The notes under the pieces were generated by a model that did no database searches, was not told the DNA's origin, and saw only the letters and a list, made by a program, of their open reading frames with translations. A DNA stretch of 61,975 nt from a virus (lineage: Duplodnaviria > Caudoviricetes): positions 1 to 61,975 of the IMG/VR virus record IMGVR_UViG_3300037247_001905, one strand, 5' to 3'. A program made the position numbers and the translations under genes. Numbering within the stretch: the first letter of the stretch is position 1; every line of letters starts with the position of its first letter. Below are positions 1 to 9,201 of the stretch, one piece after another.

Positions 1-228
1 GTTGCCGCCCAAGGCCATAGGCTAGTGGTTGCCAACGGTGGGCCTGTTGAGAATGGGTTCTCACTAAGCATGTAGTGGTGGCTACGACCATAGCTACGAC
101 ACCCTGCCACGCCAACACGACCGATGCGGTAGAGGTGACTGCCGGCACGCCAGCATGACCGCTGCGGCTGGTGCGGTCGCCCTCCGTTGGTGCGGGGGTG
201 TGCCGCTGGCGTGGCGGGGTGCCGCCCG
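1..228 (+). repeat. Left copy of 228-bp terminal direct repeat
   Basis: Matches 61748-61975 except G128 vs A61875. Confidence 0.95.
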
Positions 229-508
229 TGCGCTGGGGGTTGCCCCTGAAGTGGAGAGCAGGCTACAAATAAAGGTCAAATACTGGTGCGTGACGCTTGC
301 GGTGCCGATGACTGTCATGTATGATGCGTGCATGTCAGTCAGTTGGTCAGACGATGGGCGAGTGACACTAATGAGAATGGAAACTCACCTACCCTCCTCC
401 ACCCCTACCACACCCCATACACCCACTCCCCCGCGCGCAAATGACCCCTTATTGCGACCCCATTCTCAACAAACCCCCGCCCCCACACCACACGAAAGGC
501 CCCACACC

Positions 509-733
509 ATGCCCGACAACCGCGACCATATCACGCACCGCAAACTACGCGAAGGTCTCGAACGCTGGCTCTCAAACCCCGCCGTCCGCACTCCCGCAAA
601 GGACATCGTGCGCACCGGTCTCAACCGCGACATCCTCGATGCTGCACACGACGCGCGCCAAGCTGCTTCTATTCTTACCGCCGTTGCTGCCGACATCGGT
701 GGTGGCGACCCAATCGCCAACCCCTTCGAGTAA
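509..733 (+). CDS. Hypothetical early protein
   Basis: ATG follows CACGAAAGG RBS; in-frame part of ORF 155..733. Confidence 0.7.
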   Translation: MPDNRDHITHRKLREGLERWLSNPAVRTPAKDIVRTGLNRDILDAAHDARQAASILTAVAADIGGGDPIANPFE

Positions 734-800
734 CCCCAGCGCGGCACCGCTCACCGGCGCTCGCCGCGCATTCAACCAACACGAAAGGACCACACACCCC

Positions 801-986
801 ATGCCCAAAACTGTATATAAACGAGCAACGGAACTAGGTCGCAGAGTTGCGGCCAAGCTGGAAGATTCAGCCGTAGACGAAAGAAAAACACGCGGACAAA
901 CGGCACGCTACCGGCTCGAACTTGACGCGGCCGACCTACTCCGAGCGTTTGCGGCCGAGCGCGATCGGCACCACCCCACAAACTAA
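801..986 (+). CDS. Hypothetical early protein
   Basis: ATG follows the conserved leader; MPKTVYKR... Confidence 0.7.
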   Translation: MPKTVYKRATELGRRVAAKLEDSAVDERKTRGQTARYRLELDAADLLRAFAAERDRHHPTN

Positions 987-1048
987 CCCTCTCTCGCCGA
1001 TCCCTTGACGGTGGTCGGCGGGATTTCACTAACTGAAAGGGTGCAGCC

Positions 1049-1375
1049 ATGAATCGGATTGCAACAATGATTGCAGCGCAGAGAGCGGAGATTGACCGTC
1101 GATTGACCGAAGGGTTGACGACTCAAGTGAAAGTCGACGAAACCTGCGCGGCCCTGGACATGGAACTTGACGAATACGTCAACTTCCAGAATCTCAAGAG
1201 TCTGGCGGTAGCCGACGGCACGTTGACCCCGGAAGAGGGTCAACTGGTCTACGCGTACTTGGGCGAATCGCCCACAACGTTCAACAATCAGCCCGTTGAA
1301 GTAAAAGCGATATTGACCAAGCTACACCACGAGTTGCTAGGCCGGACCATTCGAGCGCGGTCTGTAGCGTCCTAG
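1049..1375 (+). CDS. Hypothetical early protein
   Basis: 108 aa, GAAAGGG RBS, protein-like composition. Confidence 0.8.
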   Translation: MNRIATMIAAQRAEIDRRLTEGLTTQVKVDETCAALDMELDEYVNFQNLKSLAVADGTLTPEEGQLVYAYLGESPTTFNNQPVEVKAILTKLHHELLGRTIRARSVAS

Positions 1376-1442
1376 TTTCACCTCCGCCGATCGGCTACCG
1401 CTGCTCGGCGACGTTCAACCACCAACACGAAAGGACCACACC

Positions 1443-1739
1443 ATGAAAACCACCGAGATAATCGAACAGATGCTAACCGGCGAAGCGGTCCTCCTATCAA
1501 CCGACACCCTCGCCGAAATCGAGCAACTCAACCACCCCATCCGAACGGCGCACAACGCCGACCCCGCCGACGGCGCACACCCTTGGGTCGGATGGATGTC
1601 CGGCAGGGATAGCACGCGCCCCCCAGATTTTCACATCGACCAACAACCGCCCTACCACGCAACAGCGCGCCCGGGCCGCTGCATCTGGTCCCGCAGTCAT
1701 GCGCCACTCTCCGCCAACTACCGCGCCGACGTCAACTAA
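1443..1739 (+). CDS. Hypothetical early protein
   Basis: Conserved leader and RBS. Confidence 0.75.
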   Translation: MKTTEIIEQMLTGEAVLLSTDTLAEIEQLNHPIRTAHNADPADGAHPWVGWMSGRDSTRPPDFHIDQQPPYHATARPGRCIWSRSHAPLSANYRADVN

Positions 1740-1808
1740 CCGCCCTCGCACCCGCGCGCACCCCACCCGGTCCGCGCTGGCTTCAACCCCAACACGAAAG
1801 GATATTCC

Positions 1809-2066
1809 ATGTTCAGCCAACACGACGCAGACTGCGAAGCCCTGGAGGACGAGCGCGAAACCGAACCCGAACCCGAACGCCCCGACGTCCGCGTCGAAAA
1901 TCACGGCTCCCTCATCCGGCTCGTCCCCTCCACCCCCGACGCTACCAACTGGCTCCGCCAGAACACCGATTCAGACGCCACTTGGTTCAGCGGCCTGTGT
2001 TGCGAACCCCGCTACGCTGAAGCCATTGTTGCCGGCCTCATTGACGACGGCTTTACCGTCAAATGA
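1809..2066 (+). CDS. Hypothetical early protein
   Basis: Conserved leader and RBS; 85 aa. Confidence 0.8.
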   Translation: MFSQHDADCEALEDERETEPEPERPDVRVENHGSLIRLVPSTPDATNWLRQNTDSDATWFSGLCCEPRYAEAIVAGLIDDGFTVK

Positions 2067-2133
2067 CCTCGCCCCACCCGTGTCGGTGGCTACCGCTACC
2101 GCGCGGGTTTCAACCCAACACGAAAGGATCCAC

Positions 2134-2397
2134 ATGTGGACGTTTGCAATATTCGGCACAATCAACGCAGAAGGCACGTTTGTCCCTAAATGCGGTACTG
2201 ACGCTACAGCGCGGGTAGATGGGCGACTGGGACACGCGAGACAATTGGCAGGGGCAAAGAGCTATCGCAAAAGGCACGCCAAAGTGTGGCCTAAATGGGC
2301 GGGGACTGCCGTGCAGTTTCACAAAGCCGAAACCGTACGAGACTTGCCCAATCTCTGGGGAGACCGAGCAAGCAAACACCCCACGCACAAACTCTAA
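2134..2397 (+). CDS. Hypothetical early protein
   Basis: Conserved leader; MWTFAIFG... Confidence 0.75.
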   Translation: MWTFAIFGTINAEGTFVPKCGTDATARVDGRLGHARQLAGAKSYRKRHAKVWPKWAGTAVQFHKAETVRDLPNLWGDRASKHPTHKL

Positions 2398-2461
2398 ACC
2401 GTTCAACACACGCCCCCGGCTAATGCGCACGGCATGCACCAACACGAAAGGACGCCCGCCA

Positions 2462-2827
2462 ATGACCCAAGCCACGGAAACCGCGCTCATAGCGCAACTC
2501 ATCCGAGAGAACCGCAATGCACCCGCGGACACGCTCATCCGCGCCGTCTTCAACGCCGGAGCAACAAACGTCAAAGACGTAGCGGAGCCGCAAGCCGAGC
2601 GATTCAGCACGGCACGCGCGGCCCTCGATTACTGGTACTCCGTTGACGAAATGCAGCTAGGTTTCATCGTGGAAAGCCGCCCGGCCTGGCTGCTGCTCAT
2701 CCACCAACACAGCCTCCATCGGCCCCACGTCGACGACGTCTGTGACTACACAACCAACCTCGAAGACATCGACGGCATCGCGCCCGCGCTCAAAGAGGAA
2801 AGCTACGCCCTGATCTACCGCGACTGA
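2462..2827 (+). CDS. Hypothetical early protein
   Basis: Conserved leader; MTQATETA... Confidence 0.75.
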   Translation: MTQATETALIAQLIRENRNAPADTLIRAVFNAGATNVKDVAEPQAERFSTARAALDYWYSVDEMQLGFIVESRPAWLLLIHQHSLHRPHVDDVCDYTTNLEDIDGIAPALKEESYALIYRD

Positions 2828-2861
2828 CCAACCAACCCCAACGCACGAAAGGAAACCCCCC

Positions 2862-3494
2862 ATGCACCTCAACGACAAAGGCGCGACCCCATCAACCGCG
2901 CGTACAGCCATCAAACGACGCGCAAACGCCCGCGACTACCCCCCGCCCCCCACCGATTGCCACGACCGCGACGCCTGGACAACCTACCTCCACAAACACC
3001 ACTCGGTAGCCGCCGACGCCTTCTGTGTTCTCATTGAACGATCCGCCAACGACTACACCCGCTACAACAACGAGCGCGACGAGAGCGCCGAAGCCAACTA
3101 CCAACGCAACAGCGACGCGGCCAAGCTCATTGCTGCCGTCTTCTCAATCCGTCTCGACTGGCCCGGCCTTTACCCCACCTTTCACTTTGGCGACAACCCC
3201 ACCACCCATTATTACGACAACCCCAACGGCACCCGACGCGCCTTCGCCGAATCCATCAACGCTAGGCCCCCGGCGCGACCCATTTACTACATCCTCAAGG
3301 ACGCGGGAATTCCCATCGACTCCCATGAATCCGACCTCTACGCGCTCAAAACCCCCGAGTCCGAGCGCATCTTGCGCGACTACCCATCCCGCGCCAACGT
3401 CACCACCTTTCTCTCTGCCACCGACGGCAAAGTCTGGTACGACATCCCCTTTGCCTACATCCCGTTCTGGGCCGCCAAGCCCACCCGCCACTGA
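2862..3494 (+). CDS. Hypothetical early protein, probably two domains
   Basis: Conserved leader; C-terminal IDSHESDLY...DGKVWYDIPFAY resembles a small domain I recall from phages and mobile elements, function unknown. Confidence 0.8.
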   Translation: MHLNDKGATPSTARTAIKRRANARDYPPPPTDCHDRDAWTTYLHKHHSVAADAFCVLIERSANDYTRYNNERDESAEANYQRNSDAAKLIAAVFSIRLDWPGLYPTFHFGDNPTTHYYDNPNGTRRAFAESINARPPARPIYYILKDAGIPIDSHESDLYALKTPESERILRDYPSRANVTTFLSATDGKVWYDIPFAYIPFWAAKPTRH

Positions 3495-3521
3495 CCACAC
3501 CCACACGAAAGGAATCCCCCA

Positions 3522-4058
3522 ATGACCGACAAACCCGAAACCTGCATCGTCGACGTTAGCGGCTGTACTTTCGATCTCTCCCGCATCGAATCCGTTACCT
3601 TTGCCAACCCGACCACCTCCGGCATTCACTGGGACAGCGAACTAGCGGGACCAGACGGCTGCATGGTTGCCCTCTTCCCAACCGAGAACCACACCCGCGA
3701 CGACATCGCCAGCGCCAAAGCCGAGCTGCGCAACGCCCGCGATGTCGTCTCATTCAACATCTTCCGCGTACAAGAATCCGACTTGCCCCCGCTGCACACC
3801 GACGAGCCCGAAACCGGCCACTGGCTGCACGCTATTCGGCACATCGTCGACACTTGTCAAGCACGTCGCGTCACCGCTGACGGCGCACTCGTTCCCAAAG
3901 GAAAGCGGGGCGGTCAACTCGTCGATTTGTTTAGCGCCTCAATCGTCGCCCAAGTCTACGACGCCGTCAATGCCAAGAACCGCGCCAAGATGCACGCTAT
4001 GTCGTTACCTGTCGCCATGCACGTTGCCCTTGGTGTCGCCAACAAAGCCAGCACCTAA
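3522..4058 (+). CDS. Hypothetical early protein
   Basis: Conserved leader; 178 aa. Confidence 0.8.
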   Translation: MTDKPETCIVDVSGCTFDLSRIESVTFANPTTSGIHWDSELAGPDGCMVALFPTENHTRDDIASAKAELRNARDVVSFNIFRVQESDLPPLHTDEPETGHWLHAIRHIVDTCQARRVTADGALVPKGKRGGQLVDLFSASIVAQVYDAVNAKNRAKMHAMSLPVAMHVALGVANKAST

Positions 4059-4295
4059 CCGATATCCTTTCGTGGCCCTCCTTGTTGGAGGCGCGCCCGA
4101 CCCCCGCCCCACGCGCGCGGGGGAAGGGCACACCCCCAACGCTGAAAGGACTCTCATGCCCTGACCCACGAACGCACGGCGCGCGAGCCTCCATCCGCAC
4201 AACGGCGCACGCTGCACAACTGCGCCTTTTCAATCAACCGTGCCGGCGCCCAACCGCGTCGGCGCGGCTTCAACCCCTCACGCGAAAGGAACCCA

Positions 4296-4691
4296 ATGTC
4301 CGAGAAACAATCCGAACCCCTTGACCCCACCGCAGAAGCCAAGCGCATTGGCGAAACCGACGCCCTCATTGCCAAACACTGCCCACACGTCAAGCGCACG
4401 AAACACACGCCAGGGCCGTGGGCCATCATATTCGGCGGCATGGGCGAGGATGAACATTTTACCATTGGCGCTAAGCGCGATGATGTTCTAGTGGCCGAAT
4501 GTGCGAACAGCCGCGCACCAGGAGAACAGGTACGCGCAAACGCCGCACTCATTGCCGCCGCGCCGGACCTTCTGGCGGCGCTGCGGGGGGTACTCCCCCA
4601 TATTGAACACGAAGCCGACAACGGTGGTGGTTGGGACGAACTCGTCAAGACACTCAGCGCCGCGATCGCGGCGGCCGAAGGGAGCAAGTAA
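4296..4691 (+). CDS. Phage protein of the HTPGPW...NAxLIAAAPDLL type
   Basis: KHTPGPW and ANAALIAAAPDLL motifs. Confidence 0.85.
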   Translation: MSEKQSEPLDPTAEAKRIGETDALIAKHCPHVKRTKHTPGPWAIIFGGMGEDEHFTIGAKRDDVLVAECANSRAPGEQVRANAALIAAAPDLLAALRGVLPHIEHEADNGGGWDELVKTLSAAIAAAEGSK

Positions 4692-5032
4692 TGAGCAAGC
4701 ACACGCCGGGGCCGTGGGAAGCGTGGAACACTTTTGGCGGTAAGATCATGAAACAGTGGCGGATTGGCGAGCGCAATTCGACGCCGGGCATCGTCAGACC
4801 GGTTGCGGTGATATGCAATGAGGACGAGCAGCGTAGCGGTGACGAGCAAACAGCTAACGCCGCACTTATCGCCGCCTCGCCGGACCTGCTGGAGGCGTTG
4901 CGGGATCTATGCGCACCGCCAGAGGGATCACAAAAGGCACTTGGCTTGCACAATGGCCTCGGACAAAGTGGCGGCGCGATGCAGAAAGCCTATGACGCTG
5001 CCCGCGCCGCGATCGCCAAGGCCGAACCATGA
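4691..5032 (+). CDS. Second HTPGPW...NAxLIAAxPDLL protein (tandem paralog)
   Basis: MSKHTPGPW and ANAALIAASPDLL; TAATG overlap with the preceding gene. Confidence 0.85.
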   Translation: MSKHTPGPWEAWNTFGGKIMKQWRIGERNSTPGIVRPVAVICNEDEQRSGDEQTANAALIAASPDLLEALRDLCAPPEGSQKALGLHNGLGQSGGAMQKAYDAARAAIAKAEP

Positions 5033-5120
5033 CCCCTCCCCAACTCGCCTACCTCTGGCTCATCGTCGGCCTCTTCTACTCCCTCTCCATCCGCACCCGC
5101 CCGCCCCAAGGCGCCGACTA

Positions 5121-5345
5121 ATGCTCAACTACGCGGACGCCCTCATCAAAGCACAGCGCATCGGCCCATCGCGCGCCGAAGGGGACGCCGACCTCGCCCA
5201 AACGTGCAGCGCACTTGCCAGCGTCCACGCGATCAATCCCCAAATGTGGTTCGAGGCAGCACAACGAAAGAAACTCTCGGCAACCGACCTTGCGCAACTT
5301 GCCAACACCAATCTTGGTACATTCGCCTTTCTCCCTTGGGAGTAA
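5121..5345 (+). CDS. Hypothetical protein
   Basis: In-frame ATG within ORF 4818..5345. Confidence 0.6.
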   Translation: MLNYADALIKAQRIGPSRAEGDADLAQTCSALASVHAINPQMWFEAAQRKKLSATDLAQLANTNLGTFAFLPWE

Positions 5346-5349
5346 ACAA

Positions 5350-5760
5350 ATGCCGCTCAAACGCGCCGACAAAATGCTCATCGCCGAAGTGCGCAAGCTC
5401 ACTGCCGCCATGCCCGCATTCATGGACTCCCTCGGCTTCACCCCCATCCCCGACGAATGCTTCTCGGGCACTTGGGAAATCCACTCCCCCCGCTTCGACT
5501 GCAACTTCACCGTCCACTACATCACCAACGAAGACATCGGTCACAACCCCTGGCTCGGTTGCTGCTTCAACCGTCCCTTGCCCCACCCCGAACTTCCATG
5601 GAGCCACGAGAGCAACCTCAGCAACTACCAAGACATCCACGACGCCCTCTGCGCCAACAAGTTCACCGGCAAATACAACTGCCACCTCTTCAGGCGCAAC
5701 TCTGCCGATGTCATCCTCGACATCTTCCGCTACCACCTCACCGCCGCCCTCACAGCCTAA
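5350..5760 (+). CDS. Hypothetical protein
   Basis: GGAG RBS, C-ending codon bias typical of this arm. Confidence 0.75.
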   Translation: MPLKRADKMLIAEVRKLTAAMPAFMDSLGFTPIPDECFSGTWEIHSPRFDCNFTVHYITNEDIGHNPWLGCCFNRPLPHPELPWSHESNLSNYQDIHDALCANKFTGKYNCHLFRRNSADVILDIFRYHLTAALTA

Positions 5761-5770
5761 GAGCCCCACC

Positions 5771-6067
5771 ATGATGACCCCCGCGCTCCCCTGCCTCGAA
5801 CCACAAGCCGCCCAAGCCGGCGACATTGTGTTCTGCGATCGCGGCCGCGCCGTCCCCATCCTCACTCTCCACTCCAACGCCCTCGAAACATTCGAGCGCG
5901 AAGCCCTCTCCCGCTACCTCTCAAGTTACGACACTCTCCTTACCGACGCGCGCTACCTTGCCGACTTGCTCTACGACCGCGAAGCAGTTGTTAGCACCCC
6001 CGCCGCAATCAACAAAGCCAAAGACGAACTCATTGCCACCCTCAACTACATCGAAAACACTGCCTAA
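5771..6067 (+). CDS. Hypothetical protein
   Basis: In-frame ATG; tiles between neighbours. Confidence 0.7.
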   Translation: MMTPALPCLEPQAAQAGDIVFCDRGRAVPILTLHSNALETFEREALSRYLSSYDTLLTDARYLADLLYDREAVVSTPAAINKAKDELIATLNYIENTA

Positions 6068-6083
6068 ACCGCAAGGAACCCCA

Positions 6084-6404
6084 ATGCCACTCATTGACAG
6101 CACCAAATCCACCCCTCTCCCCGGCTATCCTCTTGCTCTAACCGAAGCCGTTGACACCAACGGCAATCCTTCTGTTGTCTGCCTCGGCATGTACGCGACG
6201 CCCGTCGGCCAAGACTTCTTTGACGAACACGTCTACATCGTCCGCGTTGAAGAACACAGACTAGACGGGCACCTCGCCGTCGACGATCCACACAACCGCC
6301 TCGAAAAGTTCTACGACATGGACGACCCGCACGGCCCCTACAAAACCTACGAAGTGCCCGGACTCGACGGCGACTGGGTGCCCCTCTTCTACCCCCGCTG
6401 CTAA
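6084..6404 (+). CDS. Hypothetical protein
   Basis: AAGGA RBS; MPLIDSTK... Confidence 0.75.
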   Translation: MPLIDSTKSTPLPGYPLALTEAVDTNGNPSVVCLGMYATPVGQDFFDEHVYIVRVEEHRLDGHLAVDDPHNRLEKFYDMDDPHGPYKTYEVPGLDGDWVPLFYPRC

Positions 6405-6462
6405 CCCCGCTTACCCACGACTACAACTAAAGCCCGCCGCCCAAACCACCGAAGGAAACAGC

Positions 6463-6717
6463 ATGCCCCTCAGCACACGCGAAACACACCTCATCATCGA
6501 CAAGATCGCCGAGCGCTCGGCCAGCGGCGCAATCGGCGCTCTTGCAATCGCCAAAGTGCTAGGCGCAGTCAACAAACGTACGCCCCTCAATCTCGAACGG
6601 CTCTACGACTTCAACGTCTTCAACTTTACACACGACATCAAGGGAATCATCGAACACGCCAACCCCAAAACCGGCAAACTGCTCGATCATTTCTCGCCCC
6701 GCTGCGGATTCCGTTGA
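6463..6717 (+). CDS. DUF6874-like phage protein
   Basis: PLNLERL..F..FNFTHDI.GI..H.N.KTGKL..HF.PR pattern, recalled from memory. Confidence 0.65.
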   Translation: MPLSTRETHLIIDKIAERSASGAIGALAIAKVLGAVNKRTPLNLERLYDFNVFNFTHDIKGIIEHANPKTGKLLDHFSPRCGFR

Positions 6718-6729
6718 AAGGACTCGACA

Positions 6730-7053
6730 ATGCCCCTCACCCATGCCCAACTCAGCTACCGCCAACAGAGCAGCGCCCAAGCGCTCATGTTCAACCGCAT
6801 CATCCGCCGCGCACTCGCGGGCGCCACCAACTTCGGCGGCGCCCTCCAGACTACAATCTCCTCATGCCTCCTCGAATCCGAACGCGCCGGCGACCCGGTC
6901 CTCACTACCCGCAACATCATCCTCAACTCCGTACTCCCCTGCGGCACTCTGGTCTCCGAACACTTCACCCTCCTGGCCGACATCGCCGCCCGCAGCGCCG
7001 TCTACATCTCTCCCAACGAACCCCACGTCCACCTCTCCCTCCTCCCCGCCTGA
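6730..7053 (+). CDS. Hypothetical protein
   Basis: GAAAGGA RBS; 107 aa. Confidence 0.7.
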   Translation: MPLTHAQLSYRQQSSAQALMFNRIIRRALAGATNFGGALQTTISSCLLESERAGDPVLTTRNIILNSVLPCGTLVSEHFTLLADIAARSAVYISPNEPHVHLSLLPA

Positions 7054-7078
7054 CCGCATCCAAAGGACCAAAGCAAAG

Positions 7079-7333
7079 ATGAACAAACTAGCGTGCCAAC
7101 CCTGGGCGACCAGCGCACGCATGCAACTGCGCGAGCTGCGCCGCCACAACAACCTGACGCAACGCGAGATCGCAGCGGTGCTCGGCTACAAACGCTCCGC
7201 AATCGAAAGTGTCGAGTCGGGCCGCTACGCAATCAGCATCACAATGCTCGTCGCCCTACACAAAAAGTTCAATATCTCAATCGACGAGTGGGTCTGCCCC
7301 ACCGAATCCGCAGCAAGGGGGAGTAAAGAATGA
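7079..7333 (+). CDS. XRE-family helix-turn-helix transcriptional regulator
   Basis: LRELRRHNNLTQREIAAVLGYKRSAIESVESGR is a canonical Cro/CI-type HTH. Confidence 0.88.
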   Translation: MNKLACQPWATSARMQLRELRRHNNLTQREIAAVLGYKRSAIESVESGRYAISITMLVALHKKFNISIDEWVCPTESAARGSKE

Positions 7334-7527
7334 ACCGACAGGAAATAGCAACTGGAGTTCAGAAAGAGTATCAGCGGCTCATCGCGGACGCTAGCAAGGA
7401 TGTGGCGGCCGGTGCCGCAAGATCCCTTGAAGGCTACTTCTACGGCATCATGGCCCAAGATTTTGGGGAAAGGGTGGCGGCAGCCGTACAATCCATCGCC
7501 CGCGACGCAGCGGAAAGGAACAAGTGA
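7330..7527 (+). CDS. Hypothetical protein
   Basis: Overlap-coupled with the HTH gene; GGAG RBS. Confidence 0.65.
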   Translation: MNRQEIATGVQKEYQRLIADASKDVAAGAARSLEGYFYGIMAQDFGERVAAAVQSIARDAAERNK

Positions 7528-7850
7528 TGGGCACCTACCAGATGCGAACGCAACGAAAGTTCGCATGGCGGCCGATTTGGTGTGAGATCCACGACTTCCG
7601 CGCCAAACGGTGGTTCTGTTTCTACTGGCGTGTGCAGACGCGCTGCCTCGGATGCGTCCATTGGAAAACGGAAACACGATACCGCTGTAGGGACCGCGCC
7701 ATTGCCCAGATCGACGAGCAGAAGCCAGCAGACATCGACCTGAAGCCCACCGTACACGGCACCAGATCAATGAAAGTGAAGTTGGTGCGTCGTGGCAAGG
7801 CCAAAGTTGAGTATCTCGACGACGAACAGAAGGAAGCCAACGATGAGTGA
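7524..7850 (+). CDS. Hypothetical protein
   Basis: GTGA overlap; AAAGGA RBS. Confidence 0.55.
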   Translation: MMGTYQMRTQRKFAWRPIWCEIHDFRAKRWFCFYWRVQTRCLGCVHWKTETRYRCRDRAIAQIDEQKPADIDLKPTVHGTRSMKVKLVRRGKAKVEYLDDEQKEANDE

Positions 7851-8205
7851 GTACCCGCCCGTAAACGCGACCGGTCACGATGCCGACGACGAGTTCTGGG
7901 CCAATATGGAGCAGGCGGGCGTAGCCGCCGACGTGCGTGGCTACGTCAAGCACACGGTTGATGACCTCGCCGCCGCGAACGAGCGGGCTGACGAGGCGGA
8001 AGAGAAATGGTCTAAGTTTTGGGAGAAATGTGCGGATAAGAGGCAGTTGGGCTCGGCGGCGTATTGGCACGATATGTACCAGCAAATCGAGCAGATCGCG
8101 ACCGATTGGCAGAAGAAGCACGACGCGGTGCAGGCCGAGGTCGAGCGGCTGCGGTCAACATGGACACCGCCGAAAGACGACCAGGAGCACGACGATGGGA
8201 ACTGA
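7843..8205 (+). CDS. Hypothetical coiled-coil protein
   Basis: AAGGAAG RBS; MSEYPPVN... Confidence 0.7.
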   Translation: MSEYPPVNATGHDADDEFWANMEQAGVAADVRGYVKHTVDDLAAANERADEAEEKWSKFWEKCADKRQLGSAAYWHDMYQQIEQIATDWQKKHDAVQAEVERLRSTWTPPKDDQEHDDGN

Positions 8206-9157
8206 ACAGGCGTACATGGAGCGCGACGCATTGCGGGAAATAGTTGTCGAACGCGACGCCCAAATCACGAAACTGGAAAAACAGAACGAGCGGGTGTGGG
8301 ACGCATGCGAAATGGCAATCGGCATGTACGAACGCATCGCGGACAAGTACGAGCCCAACCGGGAACCCCAATCTACACTCGCCGCGCTGCGCGACATAGC
8401 AGAGCGCGCACTCAACGGCAAAGAGTCATCGGGGATGGTAGTTGCCAGATTGACCGACGAACTCGCCACTGCAAACAAGCAGATAGAACACCTAAAACTG
8501 AGCGATGCAGTATGGGAGGCAATGGCGAAAGATAGCGGGCGTCGTTGCGACACGGCACAGAAAGAGGTCAAGAAACAATACCGAGCGCGAGATATCCTCC
8601 GCACCGCACTACAGCAGGAGCGGAACAAGACGTTCCCAATCCAAAGAAGCCGCGAGTACGGAAAACCGCACCCCCTCGCGGTTCCATGGAGCATAGCAGA
8701 ACTTGCCTACTCGGTGTATTCCTCACTCTATCACGGACAAACTCTGGAACGGCTGGCCGAGCGCGGCGGGTTCGCTCCCCAGGAAATGGACGAATACTAC
8801 CCTGGCTGGATCGAATGCTGTAGCGAGATTACCCAAATCAAAGCCGTCCTCACTGCTGCAAACGCCCGCACTGCGGCGTACAAGCGCGATGTAGCCGAGA
8901 TCAGCAAAAGCCACGCAGAACTTGCCCTCGGTGTCAAGGCCGCCCTCGGATTCGAGAACTGGCCAAAGTTCGACGGCCCCTTCAACAAAGCGGTGGGCGC
9001 ATTCGTAGCAATGCGCATTGCAGAACTCGAAGCAAAACTCAAACCGAAGCGCCACCCTGACCTGTGGTTCTGCGACCGCTGCGGCTACCAGACCGGCGGC
9101 GGCACAATATGCAGCAGGTGCGGCCATCCACGCACCAAAGACGATCCCTCCCATTGA
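8195..9157 (+). CDS. Mosaic coiled-coil protein with C-terminal Zn ribbon
   Basis: AGGAG RBS; GQTLERLAERGGF motif; CDRC...CSRC. Confidence 0.75.
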   Translation: MGTEQAYMERDALREIVVERDAQITKLEKQNERVWDACEMAIGMYERIADKYEPNREPQSTLAALRDIAERALNGKESSGMVVARLTDELATANKQIEHLKLSDAVWEAMAKDSGRRCDTAQKEVKKQYRARDILRTALQQERNKTFPIQRSREYGKPHPLAVPWSIAELAYSVYSSLYHGQTLERLAERGGFAPQEMDEYYPGWIECCSEITQIKAVLTAANARTAAYKRDVAEISKSHAELALGVKAALGFENWPKFDGPFNKAVGAFVAMRIAELEAKLKPKRHPDLWFCDRCGYQTGGGTICSRCGHPRTKDDPSH

Positions 9158-9201
9158 CACACGACAACCCTCCGATAAACTCAGACCAAAGGAGCCCCTC
9201 A

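Larger units (their letters stand above)
485..4295 (+). promoter_or_regulatory. Repeated intergenic leader/RBS element (TTCAACC...AACACGAAAGGA-N5-10-ATG) before successive early genes
   Basis: Copies before ATGs at 509, 801, 1443, 1809, 2134, 2462, 2862, 3522, 4296; degenerate before 1049 and 4156; GAAAGGA is a Shine-Dalgarno sequence. Confidence 0.85.

Noticed and set aside
94-508. ORFs 94..333 (-), the 5' part of 155..733, and 61590..61895 (-)
   Set aside because: They overlap the structured terminal repeat, lack an RBS and have low-complexity translations
7079-7333. Lysogeny module
   Set aside because: An XRE regulator is present, but I recognised no integrase, ParA or divergent cI/cro pair
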